64,000 bases of DNA from Octopus sinensis (GCF_006345805.1 NC_043004.1:28458001-28522000), one strand, 5' to 3'; counted from the stretch's first letter, positions 13,141 to 26,075 are shown. The notes: a model not told the origin generated them from the sequence alone. A program made the numbers and translations.

Positions 13141-14747
13141 ATGAAAATATGTTTTAAGCAAATCTAAAATATTTGTAAAAAGAAGATATAAAATTGTATA
13201 TGACAAAAGAAGCCCGTTATATTTTTAATTACTCGTCAGTTTGGACTGTTTCTTTTTTTCGTTTCCTGTCCGCGTATTTCATTTAGTACGCTTTAGAAAA
13301 TGATCTTATTTGATGACAATTATTATAATTCTACGAATTATGAAGCCATTAGCAGATAGCCTCAATAGTACGTATCGTTGGCTCAGTTTTGCATTTCGGT
13401 ATGTTTACGGGAATGTTTTATTCTTTAAACTATAACGCAAATCTCTATAGTTTGCTATATTTGACAGTGATAATGATTTTCGGTCATGTATGCTACATAT
13501 CGACTGATAAATATCACTATAATAATCGCCGATTTAACAGATCGTCAGGAAAATATGCTACGAAATATTTAGTTACATCCCTTCTTTATTTTCTAAGTTC
13601 AAAATTACACAGGCTTCAACTTTGCTTTTGATCTTAACAGGGTCAAAAAGTGACATTGAAGCATTGGAAACGACTCTTCCCTCCACCCAAACTGTATGGC
13701 TTTACTAAGAAATCCTTACTTATTTAATTTTTATTTATTTCTTTTCATTTGCAGTTAAATTAAGAGAGTTTTTTTTTTCTTGAGTCACAAAAAATTAGAT
13801 AGAACAAGAAAGGCAATCAAGATTATCAAATGCTCCGTGCGAATGACCGAAATCTTTCAAGCGATTAGCACTATAAAAATAAAACATTGCTATTGTTCGT
13901 AAGTCTGTTGTAAATTGATGTTAATTCATAGTGAATATATTAAACGATAGCCATTAATCATTTTGAAAATCCTCAAACCCAGTGGTTTTCCATTTATCAA
14001 CCGATCGATATGAAGCCTGAATTACATGTCATAAGTCTTTAATTTTAATGTTTTTTGTTTAATTTTACACAAATAAATTATGAAGTTTTTCTTTGGCTGT
14101 ATTGTATCTTCTGGTTAAAACATAACGCATATCATTTTACAAAAATTCGAGGATCAATTATGGTAGGATACTTTTTCTCATCAGCATTTTCATCTGCTTC
14201 TCTTTTTGGGTCTGCGTTTGAAACATTCCTATATATGCAGTTGTGTTTGCTTATGTTAAATAAAATCTCTACTTTTCAATGTTTAGGGAGAATTAACTGA
14301 TATTATCTGAGTTGTCTTTCTTGGTTTGCTATGTATAGTATCAATTCGGTCTATTAGATAAAATTCCAGTCTTCTGTACCGGTGATGCCTAACATTATGT
14401 GCCGAAATATTGTTTATTTATTCCATTTGCTTGAATTAAAGGCCATATAGGCTTAATGAAGTAAATATTATTATATCTTAAAAGTGTTGGATTAAGAGAA
14501 TCGTTAGAGCATGGAATAAAGTGCCTTCTAGTATTTCTTTTTGTTCTTTACAGTTTAGGTTCAAATACCACCGAGATCAACATTGTCTTTCATTTCAGGA
14601 GAGGGTTTTGCTGTTGAAATCTGTCTGTCAATCATGGGGATCCATTTAATCGACAAAGCCATTCCCCTCAAATTCTTCCTACATTGGTAACAATTATTAT
14701 TGATACATTTTTATCCCGAGATATTTGCTTTTGCATAAAATTCTTTT

Positions 14748-15330
14748 CCCGAAATTTTGGAGAAGAGGCCCAGTCGATTAGATCGACCCCAGTACGCAAC
14801 TGGTACTTAATTTATCGACCCCTGAAAGGCATAGTCGACCTCGACGGAATTTGAACGCAGAACATAAAGGGAGACGAAATGACGCTAAGCATTTCGCCCG
14901 GCGTGCTAACGTTTCTTATTTCTTTATTGCCCACAAGGAGTTAAACATAGAGGGGACTAATAAAGACAGACAAAGGGGTTAAGTCGATGTAATCATCGAC
15001 CCCAGTGCATAACAGGTACTTAATTTATCGAACCCAAAGGATGAAAGGCAAAGTCGACCTCGGCGGAATTCGAACTCAGAACGTAAAGACAGACGAAATA
15101 CCTATTTCTTTACTACCCACAAGAGTTTAAACACAGAGAGGACAAACAAGGACAGACAAATGGATTAAGTCGATTATATCGACCCCAGTGCGTAACTGGT
15201 ACTTATTTAATCGACCCCGAAAGGACAAAAGGCTAAGTCGCCCTCGGCAGAATTTGAACGTAACGGCAGACAAAATACGGTTACGCATTTCGCCCGGCGT
15301 GCTAACGTTTCTGCCAGCTCGCTGCCTTAC
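14748..15330 (-). mobile_element. SINE family A nested array with two Tx1-tailed units
   Basis: Read on the minus strand: head-body-[Tx1-like tail at ~15105-15165]-body-[Tx1-like tail at ~14919-14980]-partial head-body-normal tail. Confidence 0.9.
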
Positions 15331-15807
15331 TTTTGCATCAAATTCTATGATAGCTAGATTATCTCCCTTGATTCATTAATCCGTTTCACTAAATAACTTT
15401 CTCCTTCAAAGTTTTGTTTATTCATGTATCATTCTAAATTTGCAGGCGTTCATTCATGTGTATGTTGACAACTGGCTTTAATAATGTCATTGTGTATAAA
15501 AACGTCTGTTATGGCGTCTGTATATTTACATCATGATTTTCCTTAGCGAGTCTAACTCTGTGTGTGTGTGTGTGTGTGTGTGTATGCGTGCATGCAGGCG
15601 CGAAAATGTGTGTAAGTGTGTGCGCGTATGTGTGTCCGGTTAGTTTGTGTAAATAATGACCAACAACTAAACAAGTCAGTACAACTGAATACCGTGGGAA
15701 CTGAAGAGGATTCACAGGAAAACAGGTGAAATGTCACGAGTTGAACTGAATAAAATGTAAGACAAAAAAAGGAACTTAGGGACAAAAAAGGTTATTTTTT
15801 AACAGGT

Positions 15808-15808
15808 A

Positions 15809-15891
<83 letters not shown>

Positions 15892-16086
15892 GGTGGTGGT
15901 GGTGGTGGTTGTGGTGGTGGTGGTGGTGGTTTTGGTGGTGGTGGTGGTTTTGGTGGTGGTGGTGGTTTTGGTGGTGGTGGTGGTTTTGGTGGTGGTGGTG
16001 GTTTTGGTGGTGGTGGTGGTGGTGGTGATGTTGGAGGTGGTGGTGGTGGTGGTGGTGATTGTACTAGTGGTAGTGGTTGTAGTAGT
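15808..16086. repeat. (GTA)n/(GTG)n compound microsatellite with an 18-bp higher-order unit
   Basis: Directly visible; GTGGTGGTGGTGGTTTTG is repeated about 4 times. Confidence 0.95.
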
Positions 16087-16163
16087 CACTTAGAGGAGTT
16101 GTGGTGCCCGTCGCCGTGATGATGGACGTGTTAATTAGTTTGTTGTCATTATTTAGGCCTAGA

Positions 16164-16378
16164 TAAGGGCGACGAGCTGGCAGAATCGATAGCACGCCAG
16201 GCAAAACGCTAGCAGCATTTCGTTCGTCTTTACGTTCTGAGTTCAAATTACGCCTTGGTCGACTTTTCCTTTCTTCCTTTTGTGGTCGATAAAATAAATA
16301 CCAGTTGAATGTTGGGGGATGATGTAATCGACACACCATCTCCCTCAACTTGCTGGCCTTGTGCCAAAATTAGAAACC
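16164..16378 (+). mobile_element. SINE family A, unmodified (parental-type) copy, ~215 bp
   Basis: tRNA-like head (gagctggcagaatcg...gagttcaaatt B box), core ggtcgacttttcctttcttcc...ggtcgataaaataaataccagtt resembling the Nin/Deu SINE domain, tail ctggccttgtgccaaaattagaaacc. Confidence 0.85.
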
Positions 16379-16589
16379 CTTATTTAGACTTAGATCATCA
16401 CTAATCGTCAATACATGATCAAAGATGGTCCAGCGGTGATCATTCCGAGTTTTTTGTATTATCTGAGTTCTACAGCGACTAAGCTATACAATTTATTTAA
16501 AGTGATACTGGGAAACATACAATATGAAGGGTACTTTGCAACTATCTCTAGTTGGGCGGATGAGCATTTATAGACCCCCACCTTGCTGA

Positions 16590-16735
16590 CGGTGACAGTA
16601 ATAGTTAGTAGTTGTAGCAGCAGCAGTAGCAGTAGAAGTAGCAGTAGTAGTAGTAGTAGTAGTAGTAGTATAGTAGTAGTAGTAGTAGTAGTGATGGTGG
16701 TGGTGGTGGTGGTGGTGGTGGTAATGGTAATAGTA
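16590..16735. repeat. (GTA)n/(GTG)n/(GCA)n microsatellite
   Basis: Directly visible. Confidence 0.95.
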
Positions 16736-16849
16736 GTAAAATATTAAAGAATTTGAAGCAGTTACGGCTGCTATTTCTTCACATATTCTACCTGTTAAAA
16801 GCAAGACTAGAAGAGAGATTCTTCGCTGTCTCTTCTGGTCGTAATGTTG

Positions 16850-16996
16850 TTGCTTTTTTGAAGAAAAAAATACATCAATCTCCAACAATTACCACGAGTC
16901 TTCAAAGCTCTAGTGTATTCCACAAGAGAATACTGCTCTCACATTTGGGATGTGTTTGCTGTTACAGATATCCCAAATAGCATTATGTCTCACACT
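16850..16996 (+). mobile_element. CR1/L2-like RT fragment; inverted near-copy at 17705-17850
   Basis: Reads PQQL.RVFKALV...EYCSHIW, resembling the CR1 RT C-terminal motif; the reverse complement of 17705-17850 aligns over ~130-145 bp. Confidence 0.55.
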
Positions 16997-17294
16997 CACT
17001 TAACAGCTGGCTCTTTTATGAGCCATCCAATTATAGTTACGTCACTTTTGGAGCACAATGTTCTTGAGGAATTGTTGGGGTGAGTTTACTCTCTATGCAT
17101 GACCAACTTGGACAAGGCTATTACCGCGATTGTTTAAAAGGTGCAATTTGACTGGGGAATATACCATTGTAAGCCACCCTGCACAAATGACGAAAACATG
17201 AAAACAGAACATCAACCAGCTGATACAGTGCAACAATTTTGGTATCTGTTTTCAAGCTAATAGCCAGGTGACCTCACATATTACGTAACATACC

Positions 17295-17453
17295 TATTTC
17301 TTTATTACCCACAAGGGGCTAAACACAGAGGGCACAAACAAGGACAGACATAGGTATTAAGTCGATTACATCGACCCCAGTGCGTAACCGGTACTTAATT
17401 TATCGACCCCGAAAGGATGAAAGGCAAAGTCGACCTCGGCGGAATTTGAACTC
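17295..17453 (-). mobile_element. 5'-truncated Tx1-tailed SINE A derivative with 7-bp target-site duplication
   Basis: ACATACC at 17288-17294 and at 17454-17460 flank SINE body + tail. Confidence 0.85.
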
Positions 17454-17556
17454 ACATACCGTCATCTTGTCGTTTGCTTCAACAACAACAGAGTTCGCTG
17501 GAGATTGATGCGTAAAACAAGGCAGCTACTGGCACTACGCACACACACACACACGC

Positions 17557-17602
<46 letters not shown>

Positions 17603-20600
17603 TCACTCACCTGCACTGTCAGATTACACAATTATATCATTTTTCTTTTTACTAAAAGACTATTTTTAAAGTTGTCGTGATGCATATGATTATTATTCAT
17701 TATAAGTGTGAGATATAATGCTGTCTGGGATATATGTATAACAACAAAAACATCACAAATGTGAGAGCAGTATTCTGTTTTGGAATACACTACAGCTTTG
17801 AAGGCTCATGGTAATTGTTGGAGATTGAAGTATGTTTTGGCTTTCAAAAAGGCATTTTGTGATGCACACTTTTGCAACTGGAGTTATGTAACCCGTAGTC
17901 TTACGATTATTTATTATGTCGGAAGTATATCGAGAGATAAAAGTCACAAATAAGCAATTTCGATTATCATACTATTTTTAAACTGTAGAAAACAAAATGA
18001 ATTTTAAATCATTAATACGATTACATGCATCAGGATGACATGCTCAAATATTAATCAGCGTACATAAAATGAACAGAATGGCATGCCCAATTAACGGTCC
18101 TAAAGCGACCAGTGTCACATTATAAAACATTCATTTATCGTACCGACATCAGCCGGGGTGACATGTTAAATCATCAATTAGCGTAGACAAAGTGATATGT
18201 TTCAAACATGAAACAGCGTACGTAAAGGATGATATGTTTAAGTATTAATTAGCGTACCTAAAGGATTAATATTAATTAATTCTTTCAGATTTTAATTAAA
18301 CAGCATGCTAAATTATTAAATGCGATTCCTCTCAGATGATTGGTTTTAAAGCGCCTTCAAAATTTTCATTGAATCTTTCGGCACAAATCTAATATGAGTA
18401 TGAAGGGATATGCATTCGTTTTAATTGAGCTGAGTAAAACATTAGTAGATATCCAATGGAGACTAAGTGAATGAATACAGTCATCCCTAGTGGGACTAGA
18501 ATACATGATGTGGGAGTTCAAAACTAAATACAAAAAGGCATGGGGATTATAAATTCCACTTTGGATATTGGCTTATTATAAAAGTGTGCAATATTTAACA
18601 ATGATGGTGAGCATTAATTTAACTTTCGCTTTACTCCAGACACTCTTTGCACATCGTTAATAAACTTAACTGTGAAACATTAGCCTATAGCCCTAATATT
18701 TTGTCTAACTTCTTATCGTCTTTCCTACTCTTCCTTTTCAGCCTAATATGCACGCATAATGAGTCTATTTAAATATGTCGCTGCAACTATTGCCGTCATA
18801 ACTGCATTGTATGCCTGTTTGACGCTATTTTCATGCCCCTAACAGCACTGCTACTACTACTGCTACAGCTGCTGTTGCTGCTGTTGCTGCTGTTGTTGCT
18901 GCTGCTGCATCCTCCTACCCTTACTTCCAAACTGTATTTTCTCTTTTGTTAGAAAGTGAGGGGAAATTGCACGGATCATAGACTTGGGGGAAATGGACAG
19001 CGATCTAGGGTGTTAATCCTCGATGCTTTTGTGGATTAAATGCTGTGTGAAACTGAAGTGAGAAGAGATTTTTGTTTTACTTCGTAACAAATTCTAAGTT
19101 AATTTCATTTGATTGTTCAATTTTGTAAGAGACAATATTTTGTTTTGTTCCGCCCTTTTCTCTATATATTTGCATTTTTACTCTTTATTTTTCACTTATT
19201 TATTCATTTATTCTTTAGTTGTCAACTTAGATTGAAACGTGTTTTGATGGAGCGTGCCCGGTGTTATTTCTTTAAGATAATCCTTGTTCAGGCACGAGCA
19301 GCTGTCCACTTACATATTAATCCTGTTTAGAAAGAGTCACGACTGGATTTTTGAGAGTATTTCTAAAACTCAGAGAAAGAGTCTTGAGTGAGTGACAAGT
19401 GATTATCATACAATCAGATACATCGATCGAATGTTTAGTTAGTATACCTTCTTCCTTCCTAATGATGAAAAAAGACTCTAAAATAAGACTTGGATGCCAC
19501 ACACATCATAGAGTTGCTATTATTGTTGACCTCAAACCTTTGGGGACGTAAGTTCAAATGCAGTAACAGGAATATAGTATATTCACTGTTAAGTCCAGGC
19601 AGCTGTTTAACTTTCTTTGTCAAGAGGTGCTTGTCATCGAGTTCTGTATTTTTAGGATAATAAAGAAGATAGATATTATGAGTTACATGTCCTGGAGCTG
19701 TCACTGGAAGCAACTAAAGAACAGTTAAAGTAGTTCTAGAAGAAGAAAATATTTTTCACTCTAACATTAGCATACATTCCTTTCCTCTATATGTGTGTGT
19801 GCACGCAGTAGTGTGTGTCTGTGTGTGTGCGCGCGCAACGTGACAGGGCGTGTGCACGCGCGAGTGTACGTGTGTTCGTGTATGTGAGTGTATGACATAC
19901 AGACATAAGCAAGTTTCCATTTTGGTGCCAATTCACTTAACTGACATCACTACTGCCCTGAAGAAAGGCATAAATATAAGTCTGCTGTACGCCACTTCAT
20001 GTTGTAAGAATGGAATTTAATGAGTTTGTAGAAAATCAATGACGGAATAATATCGAAGAATGTTTACACATCACCTTACAACTGTTATTTTATTTTATAT
20101 TAATAGAAACGACTTGTGTGGTTAGCCAGATTTATAGTCAAGCATGACGAAAGAAAGAATATGACACGTATTACTATGAGACAACTAATATCATAATGTA
20201 ATATTATATGAATATGCGCAATGTTTGAGAGCTCAATGATATCAAACAGGAATTAGATTTATTAGTTAAGGAATTTGTTGATTATGCAAGATCATATTAC
20301 TCGCTTTATTAGTACATATGATAGCGATTTATGGTAAATCGTTTCACGAGTTACACCATGCTCAATACTTGAGTAACATTTTATCTCTAAATACAGATTT
20401 CTTTTGATTAGAAACATAAACCCAACATTTGTAAGGAAAGATGTTCAATTAAATTGACTATAAGATATGAATAATATTCATTTTACTGACATTGCAGAAA
20501 AGATAGTCAAAGTCGAGCCCGCAACTGTATTTGAAACGAAACGAAACAAAATACTATGAAATATCCAAGTTTGTCTGCGCCTACTCTCCACCATTTTAAG

Positions 20601-21618
20601 GCAAATGAATATTGAACCTAATTCCTTCAAAGATAACTGGCAAAGTGTCTGAACTGAACTAACACTTCTATAATTTCCGTTGTTGTGATCGTATAATTAT
20701 GATTATATGTTGGCCCGTTGTTAAAGTCAGTAACGTTATAAAGAATATTTAGAATATGATAACAATAAGAGTCTGTCAAAATTGATTGTTTGATATTGAG
20801 TTATGACATGATACTGTTCTGAATGGTAGCATAAGGAGAACCGCAGTATTCTAATAAAAGTAATCTAAATGACCGAATGGATAAGCAAAGTTTTGGATTC
20901 AGAGATGATCACTGATAACTTAACATCTATCCCAAGCTTTTTGTTTTGTATCTGTACAAAACAACTAGTTTTGCTTCTTGGCAATAATTACCAGATCTGA
21001 TAGCAATATTACTTACAATAAACTCATACTGAAAGAATTAGCGTAACGTCATCAAATTTAAGAAATTCTTACGAGCCTCTCTCTGATAGGGAAAGTTAGT
21101 AACATTACAATAAGGCTAATGTTTTAAGTCTTGATTCCAAGATTATTTCCTAGCGTTTTTTTTACGTACTCGTTCTGTGTAGCTCTGAACTCTTGTGTTG
21201 TTATTGCTCTCCACGATTGTGAAGGTACCATTTTTCTTGCTTTCAACATTTATGTCCGTCGTGATCCTTTCGTTGTCAATAGACCTCCCAAGAATTCTTT
21301 TGAATATTATGTTGATTTCTTATTTCTATTCAGTGCTTGATTAACAATTTATGGTAAAGTGGAACTGCATGTTTCGGTGAAGCAATCATTATGGCTTTTC
21401 ACTCTTTAAAATCTTTGCAAGTTATGCATCCTTTATTTTTTGTTATAGTTTTATAGTATTTGTCAGTTGATTTTATTCCTGCATTTCCCTTATTGAATGA
21501 AAGATTCTTTTTCTTTATATATTTATCTGTATGTTTGTTTTCTTCGTTGTTTACCTCAGTTTAAGCGTTCTTCTTTGAGTAGTTTCGAGGGAGTACCCAC
21601 CTTTCCTTTGTAACCACT

Positions 21619-21820
21619 GCCGGGCGAGATGCTTTGTGGTATTTCGTCTGCCGTTACGTTCTGAGTTCAAATCCCGCCGAGGTCGACTTTGCCTTTCATC
21701 CTTTCGGGGTCGATAAATTAAGTACCAGTTACGCACTGGGGTTGATGTAATCGACTTAATACCTATGTCTGTCCTTGTTTGTCCCCTCTATGTTTAGCCC
21801 CTTGTGGGTAATAAAGAAAT
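21619..21820 (+). mobile_element. Tx1-tailed SINE A derivative, solo copy
   Basis: SINE body with ctgccgttacg and ccagttacgcac variants, ending tttgtcccctctatgtttagccccttgtgggtaataaagaaat. Confidence 0.9.
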
Positions 21821-21999
21821 ATGTATAAATCAACACATTCTGAAACTACTGATGTTCACATCCATTTCTAACAAGATTGTGAACACCAAGTTTGCAGCTC
21901 TCTCTCTCTCTCACACACACACGCAACACACACACACGCACAAATAATTCTGGCCATCTTATTGACAATATTGTGGTAAACTCATTTGTTTTTCGAGAC

Positions 22000-23560
22000 G
22001 AAGTTCTATCACAAATTTGAAAATTTTAAATGTTCTACTTTTAATATATTATCATATTAAAAATTTACACCCAAAGAATTTTCTATTCTCAAATATTTTT
22101 GATATTCAGATATATTCATATGTTCGTTTGTATGGTTCTAGTTTTTGTTTCATTGATCGGTATTCTATAAGTAGTTTTAGAGTATATTTTGTTTGCTTTA
22201 CATTGTTAGTTATATTTCCACGATTTATGTTCTCACTGTATATTACCTTAATGTTTTTATTCTAATTGTTTGCATTTTTGCTTAAGCTATTTTGTGTCTG
22301 ATATATTTTTGGCTTTGAGAATGTATCTTCTTAAATTATTTTATTGCGGTCTAAGTTGCTTTTTGATCCAGTTTATTTTCTCGCTAGTTATTACGTGTAA
22401 TTTCCGGTAATCCCATTCGGAAATGTGAGTGTATTCTTTAAACTAATTTTCTTTTATTTGCATCAACCGAAAAACAATGATTGGAATTTATCTATATTTT
22501 TTTACCAGTTTATTATCTTATTTGGTTGAGCTTTTCCCTTTTAACTTAGAAACAAATGATATGGCTTTCATTCGTGCAGTTCAACATTTGGGGATTTGGG
22601 GCGAATGCTGATTTAACTTGTACTCTATTAATGCGTGTTATTGGTGGCTCATTGACGGTAATTGATCACAAAAACAATGTACTAATTATACAAAACCCTT
22701 CAACATGTTTTCCGTTTTCCTCGTTGTTATTTATCGACATTTTCGGTTGTCTTATCTTCATTAAATGCTTTCGTTGCCCAGCTGAGTGCAACTCTGTTGG
22801 TTTGGGTATGTTTAGTGTTCTGTTTTATTTCTGTATTTTGCACTGTTTAAAAATGTTAAGGAAAATGTATGTAATGTCTAGCGAAGCTGTTTACAGTTAG
22901 TTATGTATATTTCCAGATTCTCGGTTATTGGTGATCTACTTATCAAGTTTTTTTTCAATTGTTCTCAAGACACTTATTAAAGGCGTCGCTTTTTTCCGCT
23001 CCTCAAGTTTGTGGTTAATTTTATTTCATGATCTTTATATTTATAATGGAGATACATTATCATTTGTTGGGGATGACACTTCGTTTTCTTGCAGTTGTCG
23101 ATAACAATATCCGACAAGTTAGACTTATCACTCTGCGTATACAAACTGAATATCCTAGCATATGTTCATTGTAATTTCCTGAAACATTTTCTTTTGTTCT
23201 TTATACAGCTCGTTTTCTATTTGTCCTTCATTGCACTGATATAATTTACTGTGTGAGAATGTTTCTCTCCCTCCGTCATGCTTTTATGCCTGTAGATGTT
23301 TTATATCTTACATAAAACTGGAGAATCAGAGGGAGTATGGTTAATTCCCTCCAATCCTCGAATACTCTGCAGTTACTTAAATTCTTCATCAATCGGCACT
23401 CTAGGACTCTCTGCTCCTCATTATTTTGGTGGCTCTTTGTTCCTTCCAAGGTTTTAGGAGTGGGGTAAATTTGCACAGAAATTTTATATTCTGCAGTTTC
23501 TTTTTTTGTTTTTTGTTGATTTTTTTTGCTTTTCTTTTTACAAACATATGTGTACACTAA
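22000..23560 (-). mobile_element. highly decayed LINE RT relic, RTE-like
   Basis: Strong T/A strand skew and faint motifs (NRVALSWA..AF; a QGD-like segment near 23110-23150). No intact frame. Confidence 0.35.
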
Positions 23561-24394
23561 GTACAATTATCATTATACTAATTTAGGTAACTATCCAATT
23601 ATGCACAGATTAATTGCTTGCGGTCACCTTAATTTGTTTTGTATGCTAACTGTAAAACGTGTGCATGCCAATACACGTATAGCTTAGAGGGAATCATAAC
23701 CGAGAGGCGTCCCTTTCGATACTAAAATTTGTTTTTAAATCATTAATTAATATTATAACCTCCTCTGAAGGTGAAAACTGATATGGGGTTTACTTTTTTA
23801 TGTGAACAAACAGAGCCATAATGAGTTAAGGATTCTTTATTAATAAGAATACGAAGTTCTTTAAAAGGAGTTATATGCGCTGTCTGTTGTTAATTTGATT
23901 AACTTGAAGGCTAACAAATTCAGTTGAGACTTTACGGTTACCATTATTCAGTGACATATATTTACGAAAACCTTTAAGAATTTACATAATTTTTGTGAGG
24001 CTGTTTCTCGTTTTGCTAGAGCATGATTATTAAAACTGAATGTGAAATGTTGAACTAATACATTTGTCTACCTGCATCGCAAAGAATAAATACTTTATAA
24101 TCGGAGCACAACACAAAACAACACAATTGTACGTACTATAGAAGTCAGGAATTCTAAATAAATTGTAAAGGATTTTATTAATAAGTCGTCTATGTTGGGC
24201 AGTAGGTGAGCGTCTAAGTTGATTTACAAAAGCTTATGATGATAGTTAACTCCTGCTGTTACCGTTTATGACATGTACTTGTGCATGGCAAGGCGAGACA
24301 CTTGGCTCAAAAATTTCTTCTTTCAGTACATTCTTCACTTCCGATCGCGTAAATATTGTATCAGCTGATTTTGAATATACAAGGTTTCGTAAAT

Positions 24395-24680
24395 GGTAAG
24401 GACCCCCCACCCTCGGTCATGAATAACCATGGGATTGCACCTGTAAAATTCCCAAGGTACAAGTCCTGGCAGATTTGTTTATGGCAGACCAGCAGTCTTC
24501 CAAGCATATCAGCAGCTTCCCCTCTCCATACCACTGATGTTATCCAAAGGAAAGGCAAAGGCCGCTATAGCTTGGAACCAGTGATTTCGCAACTCATTTC
24601 TACAGCTGAGTAAACAAGATAAACGTGAAATACAGTGTTTTGCCCAAGAACACAATACACAGACCGAACTGCAGGTTTAA
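24395..24680 (-). mobile_element. SINE family C, degenerate
   Basis: Minus strand reads gtgttcttgggcaaaacactgtatttcacg...ctcagctgtagaaatgagttgcg...ggcctttgcctttcc...catgaccgagggtggggg, a SINE-like core and tail distinct from families A, B and D. Confidence 0.55.
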
Positions 24681-25819
24681 TATCTGAAAATAAAGAAGAA
24701 AAAATTTGGAAAGAAAATATTATATCGGGTCGGACAGCAAGAGTCCAAATTTGGTTGGAAGGAACTGAATTCTACATCTACAGAGAAATATTTTCTCAAA
24801 AGATGACTCCCAAGAATACGAGTGAGCAGCAATGTAAGGAAACGTATTTGGTTATGTAGGTGGTCTTTTAACTTCAAATCTAGTTCGTGATACCTCTTCA
24901 CAGGTAGAATAAATTCTACTGATGCCATTCCATATTACAGCCTTAAAGTGTTAGGCGGCAACCTTAAGAAAAGTAGAGTTGATTCAGACTAAATATTTTC
25001 TAGACTATCTGAGCCAACGAAGCGCATTTAGGGAATTTCTGCGAGAGGCTAAATCAATGATTAAGTATTATTCTTTTTCTTTACGAAGAAAATAGTCATG
25101 CAAATGTCGCATAGAGTGAGGATTTACAAATCTTTGAAGAGCGTCACTGTTTCTCCCGCTTGATAAAATTCATATAGCTGAAAACTGCATCGGAAATAAA
25201 ATCATTGGCAAGGCGAGGCTACATACGTGTAGCATTTCAACAGAAGAGTTCGATTTATGGCTGAAATTAAGATTGTGTCTTTGTTTTCAACAATAGAGGC
25301 AGAGGAGATTTCAGTAATGAATGAAACGAATGTTTTCTCTGTATATGTCTGTTGTAATGCTTTTGCAGTTACAGTCTGAGCTGACTTATTGGAGAGATTT
25401 TTCATAGTTAGCAACAAACTTTGTGGTCAATCGTTTGCAAATGAGAAGCTTGCCTTGCCATATGACTTTATTTAGTAGTCCAATGAAAACCTTATTTTAG
25501 CCTAATAACGACGTTATCGTAAATAATTCTGAAATGTTCTGTGCTTGCTAAGAGTTACAGGTACTTCATCCAAACTAATCTTGTAACAATTTTGTGTAGT
25601 AGACACCAGTTGCTAAATATTGTGGGTATTCGAGCATTTTTTTTTTTTATTATTGGAGCATTTTTGTATGAGAGCGTAAAAATATCACATTTATTCTACC
25701 TTGTGAGATGAAACCTTGCCAAGATAAAATAAGAACTTTTCCTGTAATAGCAACGATTTCGTCGACTGCTTTTCTTCCTTGAAACTGTAAGACCTAGAAT
25801 CACAGTAGAAAATTTATAT

Positions 25820-25910
25820 CATTATTATTATTATATAATAATGACGACGACGACAACAAAAACAATAATAATAACAATAACAACAATAATAATAATAATA
25901 ATGATAATAA

Positions 25911-25941
<31 letters not shown>

Positions 25942-26018
25942 AAGAAGAAGAAGAAGAAGAAGAAGAAGAAGAAGAAGAGAAGAAGAAGAAGAAGAAGAAG
26001 AAGAAGAAGAAGCATAAC

Positions 26019-26064
<46 letters not shown>

Positions 26065-26075
26065 TTAATAATAAT
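25820..26075. repeat. (AAT)n/(AAC)n/(AAG)n compound microsatellite
   Basis: Directly visible. Confidence 0.97.

Noticed and set aside
25202-25417. 71-aa minus-strand ORF of ordinary composition
   Set aside because: In-frame stop just upstream, weak acceptor, no homology recognised; this length is compatible with chance.
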